Of a stretch of DNA of 64,000 nt, positions 38,011 through 50,790 are shown piece by piece; the first letter of the stretch is position 1, and every line of letters starts with the position of its first letter. Made by a program: the position numbers and the translations under genes. The notes beneath the pieces are model-generated. The model worked only from the letters and a program-made list of their open reading frames with translations, did not search any database and was not told the origin of the DNA. The stretch comes from Squalus acanthias (lineage: Eukaryota): assembly GCA_030390025.1 (NCBI GenBank), contig CM059425.1, positions 164,302,001 to 164,366,000 of the forward strand, given 5' to 3'.

Positions 38011-38769
38011 ATTATGTCCATTAAATTAAAATTTTTTATACATGGTGCTCACTTTTTATTTTGGTATCACCATTCTATGACACATAGTTATGCTTGCAGG
38101 TTCGCAGTTCTATGGTTAGTTGGAACTATTTATCTATTCCCTCTAAACATCACGGGACCCAGGGGCTCATGACGACATTTAACGCAGGAACAGAAAACCA
38201 ATGGACGCACCACAGAGTTACAGAGCTCGGGGCAGTGAACCTTTCAACAGATTTCTGAAGCAGAGATGGGGGGGTGGTCACCTACTTGCTGCTGCTTATT
38301 CATTTCTCCGTGGCAGCAGGGACCCCTGGGCTCATGAGTACTTCCCAAAAGAAATTTATGCTGCACAGACGTACAGATCAGAAGGGAAACTATTTATTTT
38401 AAGTGAACAGAGCACATTTTAATTGAGGATTATTCAAAATGTCTGTAAGCTGGCATTGTTAGCAGGGCATGCCTGAGTTTTGGAGAGGGCAGAGATGGGA
38501 ATTAGCCTGAGAGTTGAGGGGAGAGCTACAGCGCCACCAATGAAGAACCTATGTATTGCAGGTATGTATTGCTAGTGAGTTACAGCTAGCACTCTCACAG
38601 CCTCCCCCACCCCACCCCACCCCACCCACCCCCCCGATAACCGTATCAATTTGAGAAACTCTGCACTAAGGCCAATGCACATGCTGTACTAGTTTGATAT
38701 CACCAGTTAGTGTTTAGGAGCAAGAACCCTGGCTACTTTTTTTTCCCTGCTCTGCAACTATGGAATTAT

Positions 38770-40505
38770 GGCTGCGATTTTACAAACCTCGGCGGGTCCG
38801 TGGTGGGCGATGTCGGTGGCAAGTCCCGACCCCGCTGCTGTCTCCATCCCGGCCTCTAAAATGAATTTCCCGAGATTGGGCTTGTTAAGCCCGCCCTGCG
38901 CTTTTGCCGGCCAATTAGAGGAAGTGGGTCTGGTGACGTCATTTGATGACACGTCATCAACTGGTTTCCTTAAAGGGACCATGGTCAAATTTATTTTGAC
39001 ATCTGTGCTGTCAGTGTTCTACAGCATTGAAGTGCTGCAAACACTGACAATCACTGCACAGAGGTACAGGGCTGCACCCAAGCGTTCCCATGACTCAGCA
39101 CACATGGAGGTCCTCTTCCCTTCCCATGGGTGGCAGAGACCTCCCCAGGAGATCACCACAGCCTGGTTTCACATTGCAGAGGAGGGTACAAGCAGGGATG
39201 TGGTCAGGAGGACCTGGATGCAGTGCCGCAAACATTTCAATGATCTCAGTAGATCACGAGACGTTAGTACAAAGCCCCACTCAACCTCATCCTCCTGTGA
39301 CTCTCATCACATCCCCATCACTCTGCCTTCCCTACCCTACTCCTGCACATCCTTACTCACATCAACTTTCCTTGCACCTCCACCTATCCCTCTCTATCTA
39401 CATTATCACATCCCCATCTCAATAGCCATCCCTCACACTCATCCTCATCCTAGTGCAATCATACCAACTAACAACACACAAGGGTAGGCACTTGGGTGTT
39501 TTATGCAATGTTCATGTAAAGTTTCTGTTAATGTGGTGTCAAACATTGAAATCTTTATTTTCAACACTTTGCGTTCTTGGACAGATTTGTGTGCACCTTT
39601 GGAAGTGGCTTAGTGAGTTGCAGTGAATGATGAGACATAATGGTACCCCTCACAATGCTGATGAGTGTGAAAGGAATGGCTTGGGCATTGTAGGGATGCT
39701 TTATGGTGTTGGTGTGGGGTGGTGCCAACCTGGCGCATCATGTGGCAGCCAGGGTGTACAGCGTCAAGTGAAGTAAATCTGGCCATGGTGAGGCCATCCC
39801 TGGCCTCTCGGGCAGCAATGTGGTCGGGTGCTGATGCCCTGTGTCCTGTGCAGCATTAGTTGATTGCGGAGAAGGTTGGTGTTGTTGTTGGTGCTGCTGG
39901 TGTGCCTGGTGATGTTGGTGTTGGGGCTGATCGTGGTGGGATTCTGAGGACCAAGGCGAGATAGTTTCAAGGGCACCCATGCTAATGGAATAGATGGCAG
40001 GTGAAGTAGAGATGACAGAAGCGATCTGTCAATAGTCGGAGAGGTAATGTAAATTTGGAGACTTGTGCAAAGACTTGCTGCATCCTGAATCTGTAGTGGA
40101 ATTGCAATTTAGAGAAGCTAGTGGTTAAGGGAACATATGTCAATCAGCTGGGAGCTTTGACTTGACATTTGAAGCTGTCAACTCATCAGCTGATTCAATG
40201 GCCACTGACCTCCCGCCTCAGCTTCACAGACGAGGTCGAGGCACAGCGGGAAACCAGTGGGCGACCTGTCAAATCAAAAAGCTGGGAAAAAACCATTGAT
40301 AAGTGGCTGTAAACAAGCCACTAATAATTTTAATTGCCTCTCCCGCTGCAGCGTGTCGCGTCTGCTCAGCGCTGACAGACCTGACATTTGGTAAAGGCAC
40401 GTGGTGGTGGGTTCACAGCAGGTCCTGACCCGCTGGGCTAAAAAAACACTTTCCCACCCGACCCGCCACCAATCGCGCCCGCTGAACCGCCGCAAAATCC
40501 AGCCC
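38770..40505. mobile_element. Internally deleted Harbinger element
   Basis: TIR GGCTGCGATTTT / AAAATCCAGCC; Myb remnant on + (AWFHIAEE...RRTWMQCRKHFNDLSR); transposase N- and C-terminal stubs on - at 39770-39980 (AAREARDGLTMARF). Confidence 0.8.
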
Positions 40506-40551
40506 ATTGTCTTACTGACTATATCATCATATTTGCAAACATAGAATCATA

Positions 40552-41192
40552 GGGCTAGAATTTGGGTTACTTTGCACCTCTCATTAGCGTCCCCGCTAAT
40601 GCCTCCCGTGAAATTCAGCGGGAGGTTAGCAGCGGTGGTAGCCAGTAGCGCCCCGCACTGCTGCGCCGGCAATGATGACGTCATCATCGTGCGCAGCGCC
40701 CCGTTTGCGACCCGGCTGCAAACTTCCCTTGCGCCCCCTGACCTATCGCCGGGCGATATGTGCGACAGGATTAGGGGGCGGTTTTGCAACGCCGGTATTT
40801 TGGCCGACTGCCAGCCCCTGCCCCCCTTTCACATTTGTACGCGGGGTGCCGGCCGTGATCGCTCAGCCCGGCACTCCTCTTGAGTGCCGGGCTGTTTCCA
40901 CGGCACCCTACTCCCCGGTGGTCCGTCAGGGCCTCGGTGCACACAGCGCTAGGCCCCACCCTTTAATCAGGGGAGGAGGCCTGCAATGACGCGATGCTAC
41001 TGCACGTAGCGCTGCGACCTTGAGTTGTAGTGCCCCAAGAAGGAGGTGGAGTGCTTCCAGTAGCGGTCTACCGCCTTCTTGGGGCACTACTACTGAATTT
41101 ACGGGGTAGTGGCGCTAACTTTTTCAGGGTGCTAAAATTAGCGCCCCGACGAGGTTAGCGCCCCAAAATGGGCGCTACCCAATTTTTCACCC
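40552..41192. mobile_element. GC-rich Harbinger-type MITE inserted in a CR1 tail
   Basis: Ends GGGCTAGAATTTGGGT / ACCCAATTTTTCACCC; repeated TAGCGCCCC motifs. Confidence 0.7.
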
Positions 41193-41279
41193 ATCATATC
41201 ATAGAGCACCGAAGAAGGCCATTCAGCTCTTTGAAAGAGCTACCAATTAGTCCCAGTTCCCTGCTCTTTCCCCATAGCT

Positions 41280-41428
41280 CAGGTGGTCCGTGAAAAAAAA
41301 AATTATGATAATGTAATAGTCAGCCATAGGCGATGTTAAAAATGTTTTACAGTAAATGGCTAGTGGTTCGCAAAAGCTTTTGATGACGATGTAGTGGTCC
41401 GCATAAAGGAAGAGGTTGAGAACCGCTG
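41280..41428. mobile_element. hAT (Charlie-like) MITE with a deleted left end
   Basis: 8-bp TSD CCATAGCT (41272-41279, 41429-41436); right end AGGTTGAGAACCGCTG. Confidence 0.65.
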
Positions 41429-42375
41429 CCATAGCTCTTTCCTTTTTAAGTAGAGATCCAATTTATTTTTGGAAGTTACGATTGAATCTGCTTCGATCAC
41501 CCTTTCAAACAATGCATTCCGGATCTTAAACTTGCTGAGTAAAAAGACATTCTCGTCATCTTTTTTGCCAATTATTTAAAATCTGAATCCTCTGGTTACT
41601 AACCCTTCTGCCGGTGGAAACAGTTTCTCCCTATCTACTCTATCAAAGCCCCTCATACTATTTGAACACCTCACTTAAATCTCCCCTTAACCTACAATTC
41701 CATCTTCTCCAGTGTCTCCAGACAACTGAATTCCCTCATCCCTGGTACCTTTCTAGTAAATCTCCTCTGCACCCTCTCCAAGGCCTTGACATCCTTTCTA
41801 ATGTGTGGTGCCCAGAATTGGATTGAATACTCCAGCTGAGATCTAACTAGTAATTTATAAAGATTTAGCATAACTTCTTTGCTTTTGTACTCTATGCTTC
41901 TATTTATAAAGCCAAGGATCAAGCATGTTTTTTAACAGCTTTATCAACTTGTACTGCCATCTTCAAAGATTTGTGCTACAGCCCCAGGTCTCTCTGTTCC
42001 TGCACCCCCTTTAAAATTGTACCATTTAGTTTATATTGTCTCTCGTCATTTTTCCTTCCAAAATGCATCACTTCACACTTCTCTGCATTAAATTTCATCT
42101 GCCTTGTGTCTGCCCATTTCGCCAGTCTGTCTATGTCCTTCTGAAGTCTGCGACTATTCTCCTCACTGTTTGCTATATTTCCAAGCATTTTTTCATCTGC
42201 AAACTTAGAAATGATGCCCTCTATACCCAAGTCCAGGTCATTAATGTATATCAAAAAGAGCAATGGTCCTAATACCGACCCCTGGGGGACACCACTGTAT
42301 ACTTCCCTCCAGTCCTAAAACGAACCATTAACTACTACTCTCTGCTTTCTATCTTGCAGCCAGTTTCGTATCCAC

Positions 42376-42999
42376 ACTGCTCATCCGCTGCTGAAACCCT
42401 CATCCATGCCTTTGTTACCTCTAGACTTGACTATTCCAGCGCACTCCTGGCTGGCCTCCCACATTCTACCCTACGTAAACTTGAGGTCATCCAAAACTCG
42501 GCTGCCCGTGTCCTAACTCGCACCAAGTCCCGTTCGCCCATCACCCCTGTGCTCGCTGACCTACATTGGCTCCCAGTTAAGCAGCGCCTCGATTTCAAAA
42601 TTCTCATCCTTGTTTCAAATCCCTCCATGGCCTCGCCCCTTCCTATCTCTGTAATCTTCTTCAGCCCCACAACCACCCCGAGATATCTGCGCTCCTCTAA
42701 TTCTGCCCTCTTGAGCATCCCTGATTATAATCACTCAACCATTGGTGGCCGTGCCTTCTGTTGCCTAGGCCCTAAACTCTGGAATTCCCTGCCTAAACCT
42801 GTCCTGCCTCGCTACCTCTCTTTCCTCCTTTAAGACGCTCCTTAAAACCTACCTCTTTGACCAAGCTTTTGGTCACCTGCCCTAATTTATCCTTATGTGG
42901 ATCGGTGTCAACTTTCTTTGTCTTACAATACTCCTGTGCAGCGCCTTGGGACACTTTACTATGTTAAAGGCGCTATATAAATACAAGTTGTTGTTGTTG
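42376..42999 (+). mobile_element. L2 LINE 3' end
   Basis: AETLIHAFVTSRLDYSSALL...LHWLPVKQRLDFKIL...GGRAF...LWNSLP; tail GGCGCTATATAAATACAAG(TTG)n. Confidence 0.9.
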
Positions 43000-43576
43000 C
43001 CCCTGCCCCTTTAATCCCTTGGCTTCAATTTTGCTAACAAGTCTATTATGTGGTACTTTGTCAAACGCCTTTTGAAAGTCCATATACACTACATCAACTG
43101 CACTACCTTCGCCAACCCTATTCGTTATTTCATCAAAGAACTCAATCAAGTTACTCAGACACGATTTGCCTTTAACAAATCCATGTTGGCTGTCATTTAC
43201 TAACCCATATTCTTCCAAGTGAGAATGAATTTTGTCCCGGATTATGGTCTCTAGAAGTTTCCCCACCGCCGATGTTAGGCTGACTGGCCTGACATGTAGG
43301 CTATGGGCTGTGTTTTTATTTCAAGATTCTTTTGCAAGAAAATGCAGCTCTTTTGGAAACAGAAATGACAGTGTTAGACAAAGGTTAATTACATCGACCT
43401 AAATGGGAGTTCGTCATTGATATCAGTTCTATTTAGCATTTGATAGAAAGAAAAGTTAATCTCAGAAAAATCTGACAGTAGTGCAATTCTAATTTTAGCT
43501 TTTATCATGCACCTTTAGCTTTCACTGATAGTAAGAACAAACAAAAGGTATAACTTTGCAACTATGATTAATAATG

Positions 43577-43802
43577 TGAGAAGTCGCACAACACCAGGTT
43601 ATAGTCCAACAGGTTTATTTGAAATCACAAGCTTTCGGAGCGCTGCTCCTTCGTCAGGTGAAGTGCCTGACGAAGGAGCAGCGCGACGAAGGAGCAGCGC
43701 GACGAAAGCTTGTGATTTCAAATAAAACTGTTGGACTATAACCTGGTGTTGTGCGACTTCTCACATTTGTCCACCCCAGTCCAACACCGGCATCTCCACA
43801 TC
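43577..43802 (+). mobile_element. Fold-back Penelope-derived non-autonomous element, copy B
   Basis: Same arms, same TGAAGTG loop and same tail as copy A; 13-bp TSD ATGATTAATAATG (43564-43576, 43803-43815); 16-bp internal duplication in the right arm. Confidence 0.85.
43625..43661 (-). ncRNA. Minimal type I hammerhead ribozyme motif
   Basis: Identical to 34722-34758: TCAC-CTGACGA-A-GGAGC-AGC-GCTCC-GAAA-GCT-T-GTGA on the minus strand. Confidence 0.8.
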
Positions 43803-44644
43803 ATGATTAATAATGAACAATATTGATCTCATTGGCCTAGCAAATCTGCAAGTGTCAGTAAAGAGGCACTAGAGCAGCTTTTCATTAAAACATATTTGTG
43901 TATGTTTCCAATCCCACCTTTGTAGGCTTCTACCTTATTTTCATCCATCTCAAAAGAGCAGATGCATTGCAGTAAATCAGGTCAGTGAGATTCCCTGTTC
44001 GGTATGTTTGCTCTATTATTGGTGTTTGAACGATTGCAGGCCATTTTCTTTTCCTTTTTAGAAATGACTTGATGGAAACTGGTTGGGAAAATGAAGCTTC
44101 TAGTTGGTCTCTATTCAGTCAGTGGTGCACTGCTGATGGAGAATAAATAAACTAGAAGGGGATGAAATGAGATTACAGATTTTTTTTTTTCATTTGCTCT
44201 CTTGATATGGGCAACACTGGCATCTCTAGATGCCCTGAGAAGATGATGATGGGCTTTCTTGTAGTTATTGTTTTTGCAACAGAGTGGCTTACTAAGCTAC
44301 TTCAGAGGGCATTAAATTTAAACACATGGATAGGAGTTAGGTGCAAGTCAGATCAGGTAGGGCAGGTGCCCGTCCCTGAAGGACATTAGTGAACCAGTTG
44401 GGTTTTTATCACAATCTGATAGCTTTCACAGTCACTGTTGCCTGGTGCTAGCACTCCATCCAAATATCTGTGGTGGAGATTGTCCTAAGAATCTCTACCG
44501 CAGATATTTGTGCGGGGGTGGGGGGGGGGGGGGGGCGGTGTTGAACTTGATGGGGCAATCTTTGACTTCTATCTGAAACAGGTGAGAAGTTGGTGGAGTG
44601 GCCACGCTGCCCATCGAAAGCTGGCATCGGGAGGCTTGAATGGT

Positions 44645-46931
44645 ATGGTGGAGTTCTACATTAGGATGGAGAAGGAAACAGTTAAGTCAGAGACCATGGT
44701 CCAGAACTTAAATAAGGGCAACTTTGAGGGTATGAGGTGTGAATTGGCGAGGTTAAATTGGCAAGCGATATTTAAGGGGCTATCAGTGGAAGGGCAATGG
44801 CAGACATTTAGAGATCGCATGGATGAACTACAACAATTGTACATCCCGGTCTGGCATAAAAATAAAAAAGGGAAGGTGGCTCAACCATGGCTAACAAGGG
44901 AAATCAGGGATAGTATTAAAACCAAGGAAATTGCATACAAATTGGCCAGAAGTAGCAGCAAACCCGGGGACTGGGAGAACTTCAAAACTCAGCAGAGGAG
45001 GACGAAGGGTTTGATTAGGGCAGGGAAAATAAAATATGAAAGGAAGCTTGCAGAGAACATTAAAATGGACTGCAAAAGCTTCTATAAATATGTAAAAAGA
45101 AAGAGGTTAGTAAAAACAAACGTAGGTCCCCTGCAGTCGGAAACAGGGGAAGTCGTAATGGGGAACAAGGAAATGGCAGATCAATTGAACAAGTACTTTG
45201 GTTCGGTGTTTACTGTGGAGGACACACACAACCTGCCGGAAATAAAAGGGGTCAGAGGATCTGGTAAGAGGGAGGAGCTGAGGGAAATCATTATTAGTCG
45301 GGAAAAGGTATTGGGGAAATTGATGGGACTGAAGGCTGAAAAATCCCCGGGGCCTGATGGTCTGCATCCCAGAGTACTTAAGGAGGTGGCCTTGGAAATA
45401 GTGGATGCATTGACGATCATTTTCCAACATTCCTTAGACTCTGGATCAGTTCCGATGGAGTGGAGGGTGGCCAATGTAACCCCTCTTTTTAAAAAAGGAG
45501 GGAGGGAGAAAGCAGGGAATTATAGACCGGTCAGCCTGACATCGGTCGTGGGTAAAATGATGGAAGCAATTATTAAAGATGTCATAACAGACCATTTGGA
45601 AAGTGGCGACATGATAGGTCCAAGTCAGCATGGATTTGTGAAAGGGAAATCATGCTTGACAAATCTTCTGGAATTTTTTGAGGATGTTTCCAATAGGGTG
45701 GACAGGGGGGAACCAGTAGATGTGGTGTATTTGGACTTTCAGAAGGCCTTCGACAAGGTCCCACACAAGAGATTGGTGAGCAAAGTTAAAGCACATGGGA
45801 TTGGGGGTAATGTGTTGACGTGGATTGAGAACTGGTTGGCACACAGGAAACAAAGAGTAGGAGTAAATGGGTACTTTTCAGAATGGCAGGCAGTGACCAG
45901 CGGGGTACCGCAGGGTTCGGTGCTGGGACCCCAGCTGTTTACATTATATATTAATGATTTGGACGAAGGGATTAAATGTAATATCTCCAAATTTGCGGAT
46001 GACACTAAATTGGGAGGCAGTGTGAACAATGAGGAGGATGCTAGGAGGCTACAGAGTGACTTGGACAGGTTGGGTGAATGGGCAAATGTATGGCAGATGA
46101 AGTACAATGTGGATAAATGTGAGGTTATCCACTTTGGTGGTAAAAATAGAGAGGCGGACTATTACCTGAATGGTGGCAGATTAGGGAAAGGGGAGGTGCA
46201 ACGAGACCTGGGCGTCATGGTACATCAGTCACTGAAGGTGGGAATGCAAGTGCAGCAGGCAGTCAAGAAAGCAAACGGAATGATGGCCTTCATAGCAAGG
46301 GGATTTGAGTACAGGAGTAGGGAGGTGATGCTACAGTTGTACAGGGCCTTGGTGAGGCCACACCTGGAGTATTGTGCGCAGTTTTGGTCTCCTAACTTAA
46401 GGAAGGACATTCTTGCTATTGAGGGAGTGCAGCGAAGGTTCACTAGATTGATTCCTGGGATGGCCGGACTGACATATCAAGAAAGATTGGGTCAACTGAA
46501 CTTGTATCCTCTGGAGTTCAGAAGAATGAGGGGGGATCTTATAGAGACATTTAAAATCCTGACTGGTTTAGACAAATTAGATGCGGGCAGAATGTTCCCA
46601 ATGGTAGGGAAAACTAGAACCAGGGGTCACAGTCTAAGGATTAAGGGGAAGCCATTTAGGACTGAGCTGAGGAGGAACTTCTTCACCCAGAGAGTGGTGA
46701 ATCTATGGAATTCTCTTCCACAGAAGGTTGTTGAGGCCAGTTCGCTAAATATATTCAAAAGGGAGTTAGATATAACACTCACAACTAGGGGGATCAAGGG
46801 GTATGGCGAGAAAGCAGGAATGGGGTACTGAGGTAGCATGTTCAGCCATGAACGCATTGAATGGTGGTGCAGGCTCGAAGGACCGAATGGTCTACTCCTG
46901 TACCTATTTTCTATGTTTCTATGTTTCTATG
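44645..46931 (+). mobile_element. Young 5'-truncated CR1 LINE with an uninterrupted ORF2 frame (44645-46831, 728 aa; complete RT, lacks APE)
   Basis: Continuous frame through PWL, KSPGPDGLHPRVLKE, NYRPVSLTS, QGSVLGP, FADD, LWNSLP; (TTTCTATG)n tail. Confidence 0.97.
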
Positions 46932-47354
46932 AATTATATTTGCCTTGTTTAAATGACGTTGGTAAACTGTGACTGCCAAATGGACGCTCTGCTGCAGGTT
47001 GGGCTGATGGGAGGTGGCAGGGGGTGGGTGCGGTGCAGGGCGGGAGAAGGTACGGCTCACACAGGCTGGAATTTTTTTGGCCCCACGAAAATAAAAATTA
47101 AACATTTATTTCGCTGTTTTTTGAGCGGCTTCCAGTGAGGGAAGAAATGCTGGCCAGAGCATCACGAGAAGTCCCTGCTCTTCTTCAATTAATGCTATGG
47201 GATTTTTTACATTCACCTGAACAGGCAGGTTTAACTCCTCACCCAAAAGTCAGCATCTCTGCCAATGCAGCATAACCTCAGTACTACATTGAAATGTTGG
47301 CCCAGTTTATGTGTTCTCGGCCATAATGGGGCTACAACCTTCTGACCTAGAGGT

Positions 47355-47720
47355 TAGGTGTGAGTCTTGACTCAGTTCAAGCCTCACTCCAGAAACTTTA
47401 GCCCATAATCTATGCTGACACTCAGGGAGTGCTGCACTGTCAGAGATACCATCTTTTGGATGAGATATTAAACTAAAGCCCCATCTGTGTTCTCAGGTGG
47501 ATGTAAAAGACGTTCGAAGAAGAGCTGGGGACTTCTTCTGGTGTCCTGGCCAACATTTATCCCTCAACCAACCTTGTCATTTATCTCATTGCTCTTTGTG
47601 GGACCTTGCTGTGCATAAATTGGCTACATGATGACCGTGACTACACTTCAAAAGTACTTCATTTGCTTTGAAGTGCTTTGAGATGTCATGAGGATATGAA
47701 AAGCGCTATAAAATTGCAAG
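47355..47720 (+). mobile_element. Deu-like SINE nested in an oppositely oriented SINE (about 47145-47350 plus 47722-47760)
   Basis: Shares the core with 37670; tail GCGCTATAAAATTGCAAG; the flanks read as the reverse complement of the same family (GAGAGTGCTACCATCTGAGCCAAG). Confidence 0.65.
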
Positions 47721-48137
47721 CTCGAGATGAGAGTGCTACCATCTGAGCCAAGCTGACACTTAAAGAGAAAAGTCAAATTAATAGTTAAGATATAGACCCT
47801 TCATCAGAACTGGAAACTGGGAGATAAGTAAACCCTTTTATAGGACTGAACAAAATATGAGGGGGGTGGGGAAGATCAACAGGTAAAAGTCAAGTGAGAA
47901 AGAAGCAATTATTAGATTTGCCCACTCCGAATGTTTTGTTAAAGCTCTAAAAAGAAGAAAAAGCACTGGACAGTGGAAAGACTAAAGCCGCTGAAAACAG
48001 GTCTGAAGTGGAAGGTGGAGGGGTGAAGCAGGCAGAAAAATTGGGGAGACAGTTAAGATCTGAAGTCATTAAAGTCAAAGTTCACACTGAGAATGTACAG
48101 AGTGCCAAGGAAAAACATAAAATTCCTGAAAGTTTAC

Positions 48138-50112
48138 AATCATAGAATCATAGAAAGTTACAGCACAGAAGGAGGCCATTTCGGCCCATCGTGTCCACGC
48201 TGGCCAACAAAGAGCTTTCCAGCCTAATCCCACTTCCCAGCTCTTGGTCCGTAGCCCTGCAGGTTAGAGCATCCCAAGTGCACATCCAAGTACTTTTTAA
48301 ATGTGGTTAGGGTTCCTGCCTCTACCACCCTTTCAGGCAGTGAGTTCCAGACCCCCACAACCCTCTGGGTAAAGAAATTTCCCCTCAAATCCCCTCCATA
48401 CCTTCCACCAATTACTTATCTGTGCCCCCTGATTTTTAACCCCTCTGCTAAGAGAAATAGGTCCTTTTTATCCACTTTATCTATGCCCCTCATAATTTTA
48501 TACACCTCAATAAGGTCTCCCCTCAGCCTCCTCTGTTCCAAGGAAAACAGACCCAGCCTATCCAGTCTTTCCTCATAGCTAAGATTCTCTACTCCCGGCA
48601 ACATCCTTGTAAATCTCCTCTGTACCCTCTTTAGTGCAATCACATCTTTCCTGTAATGTGGTGACCAGAACTGCACGCAGTACTCTAGCTGAGGCCTAAC
48701 TAGTGTTTTACACAGTTGAAGCATAACCCCCCTGTTCTTGTACTCTATGCCACGGCTAATAAAAGCAAGCATTCTGTATGCCTTCTTAACCACCTTATCT
48801 ACCTGGCCTGCTACCTTCAGGGATCTGTGGACATGCACTCCAAGGTCCCTTTGTTCCTCTACACTAAGTGTCCTACCATTTAATGTGTAGTCCCTTTCCT
48901 TGTTAGCCCTCCCCAAATGAATTACTTCACACTTCTCCGGATTGAATTCCATTTGCCACTGTTCTGCCCACCTGACCAATTTATTGATATCTTCCTGCAG
49001 TCTACAGCTTCCTTCTTCAGTATCAACCAGACAGCCGAGTTTAGTATCACCTGCAAACTTCTTAATCATGCCCCCTACATTGAAGTCTAAATCATTGATA
49101 CATACCACAAAAAGCAAAGGGACCTAGTACTGAGCCCTGCGGAACCCCACTGGAAACAGCCTTCCAGTCACAAAAACACCCATCAACCATTACCCTTTGC
49201 TTCCTGTCTCCGAGCCAGTTTTGAATCCAACTTGACACTTTGCCCTAGATCCCATGGGCTTTTAACTTCGTGACCAGTCTGCCATGTGGAACCTCATCAA
49301 AAGCCTTGCTAAAGTCCATATACACTACATCAAATGCACTACCCTCATCTACCCTCCTTGTTACCTCCTCAAAAAATTCAATCAAGTTTGTCAGACACGA
49401 CCTTCCCTTAACAAATCCGTGCTGACTATCCTTGATTAATCCGTGTCTTTCTAAATGAAGATTTATCCTGTCCTTCAGAATTCTTTCCAATAATTTTCCC
49501 ACCACCGAGGTTAGGCTGACTGGCCTGTAATTACTCGGTCTATCCTTTTCTCCCTTTTTAAACAAGGGTACCACATTAGCAGTCCTCCAGTCCTCCGGCA
49601 CCACACCTGAAGCCAGAGAGGATTGAAAAATGATGGTCAGGGCCTTTGCTATTTCCTCTTTTGCTTCGCTTAACAGCCTGGGATACATTTCATCCGGGCC
49701 TGGGGTTTTATCCACTTTTAAAGCTGCTAAACCCCTTAATACTTCCTCTCTCACTATGTTTATTTCATCTAATATTTCACACTCTTCCCCCGCTGATAGC
49801 AATGTCTGCTTCGCCCCTCTCCTTTGTGAAAACAGATGCAAAATATTTATGAAGAACCCTACCGACATCTCCCGCCTCCACACACAGATTACCCTCATGA
49901 TCTCTAATAGGTCCTACCCTTTCTTTAGTTATCCTCTTATTCTTAATATATTTATAAAAGATCTTTGGGTTTTCCTTGATTTTACTTGCCAAGAATTTTT
50001 CATGCTCTCTCTTTGTTTTCCTAATATCCTTTTTAATTGCACCCCTGCACTTTCTGTACTCCTCTAAAGATTCTGGAGTATTTAGCCCTCGGTATCTGTC
50101 ATACACCTCCCT
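48138..50112 (-). mobile_element. CR1 LINE (second subfamily), 5'-truncated
   Basis: ORFs 49777-50106, 49245-49898 (YMDFSKAFD) and 48416-49117; (ATTCTATG)n tail. Confidence 0.95.
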
Positions 50113-50790
50113 ACAAGGGCTTGACTAAAATAGTGTAGGAAGTCTAGAATGCAAATGTTAGAATGCAAATAGGAATGGGAGTTGAAATGGCAAGGGGTAG
50201 GGTTAGGATCACACTTGTGGACAAACGGAGATATTCAGCAAAGCGGTCAGCTGTTTTTGGTCTGCGCATTGTAAGAGAAATACACAATACTAGATTGGGG
50301 AAAATACATGGAAACTGTAGTCTCAAGTGAAAAGAGTGGAGCCCCGAGCATTGCTGTGGAAATAGCAAATAAACAGGTGTTGCATCTGCTGCAGTAGCAT
50401 GAGAAAATGCTCGGGAACACAGCTAGAAGTGGGGTGATGGAAGAGCGAACAAGAGTGTTGCAGTGGGAAATGTTGTGGACAGATTGATCCCTCCAGAAAT
50501 CGGGGAAGAGAAAGATATGCTAAATAGTGCAAGGTAATCTGGCAGAGCAAAGGCTGGTGCGGTGGAAGTGAAGATAGGAGAGATTCAGTTGTTGCTGTGA
50601 AAATAGGGAGGCGTGAATGCAGAAGTGCAGGAAATGAAACAGATGAGGTCAAGGACTTGTCAACCATAGACAAGGGGAAAAACTCCACTGCGGAAAATAG
50701 GTAATAGTTCAGAAGCTCTGGTGGGAAGTGGAGCCATCAAAGTAGGTACGATCGAGACAACGAAACTGAGAGGAGGATGGCGTCTTTACA
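50113..50790 (-). pseudogene. Degraded Penelope-like element GIY-YIG endonuclease region (the element continues at about 47785-48137 beyond the CR1)
   Basis: QFPCIFPNLVLCI...RRPKTADRFAEYLR resembles the PLE motif FTCxSxNLVYCI...ETKRRLxDRFAEHLR; degenerate family-2 hammerhead CCAGTTCTGATGAAGGGTC on minus at 47795-47813. Confidence 0.6.

Larger units (their letters stand above)
40540..43291 (-). mobile_element. Older CR1 LINE, 5'-truncated, carrying three nested insertions
   Basis: RT fragments 42973-43266, 41976-42263 and 41692-41922; CATAGAAT tail split by a MITE. Confidence 0.85.

Noticed and set aside
38768..39487. 239-aa ORF
   Set aside because: Begins in a Harbinger TIR and runs through a decayed Myb exon into intron-like sequence.
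44510..44644. N-terminal 45 aa of the 773-aa ORF (poly-Gly)
   Set aside because: Chance read-through from a G-run and a MITE fragment upstream of the truncated CR1; not a fusion gene.
47786..47813. Hammerhead-like CTGATGAAGGGTC on the minus strand
   Set aside because: The GAAA half of the core and the 3' side of stem II are lost; not called as a ribozyme.
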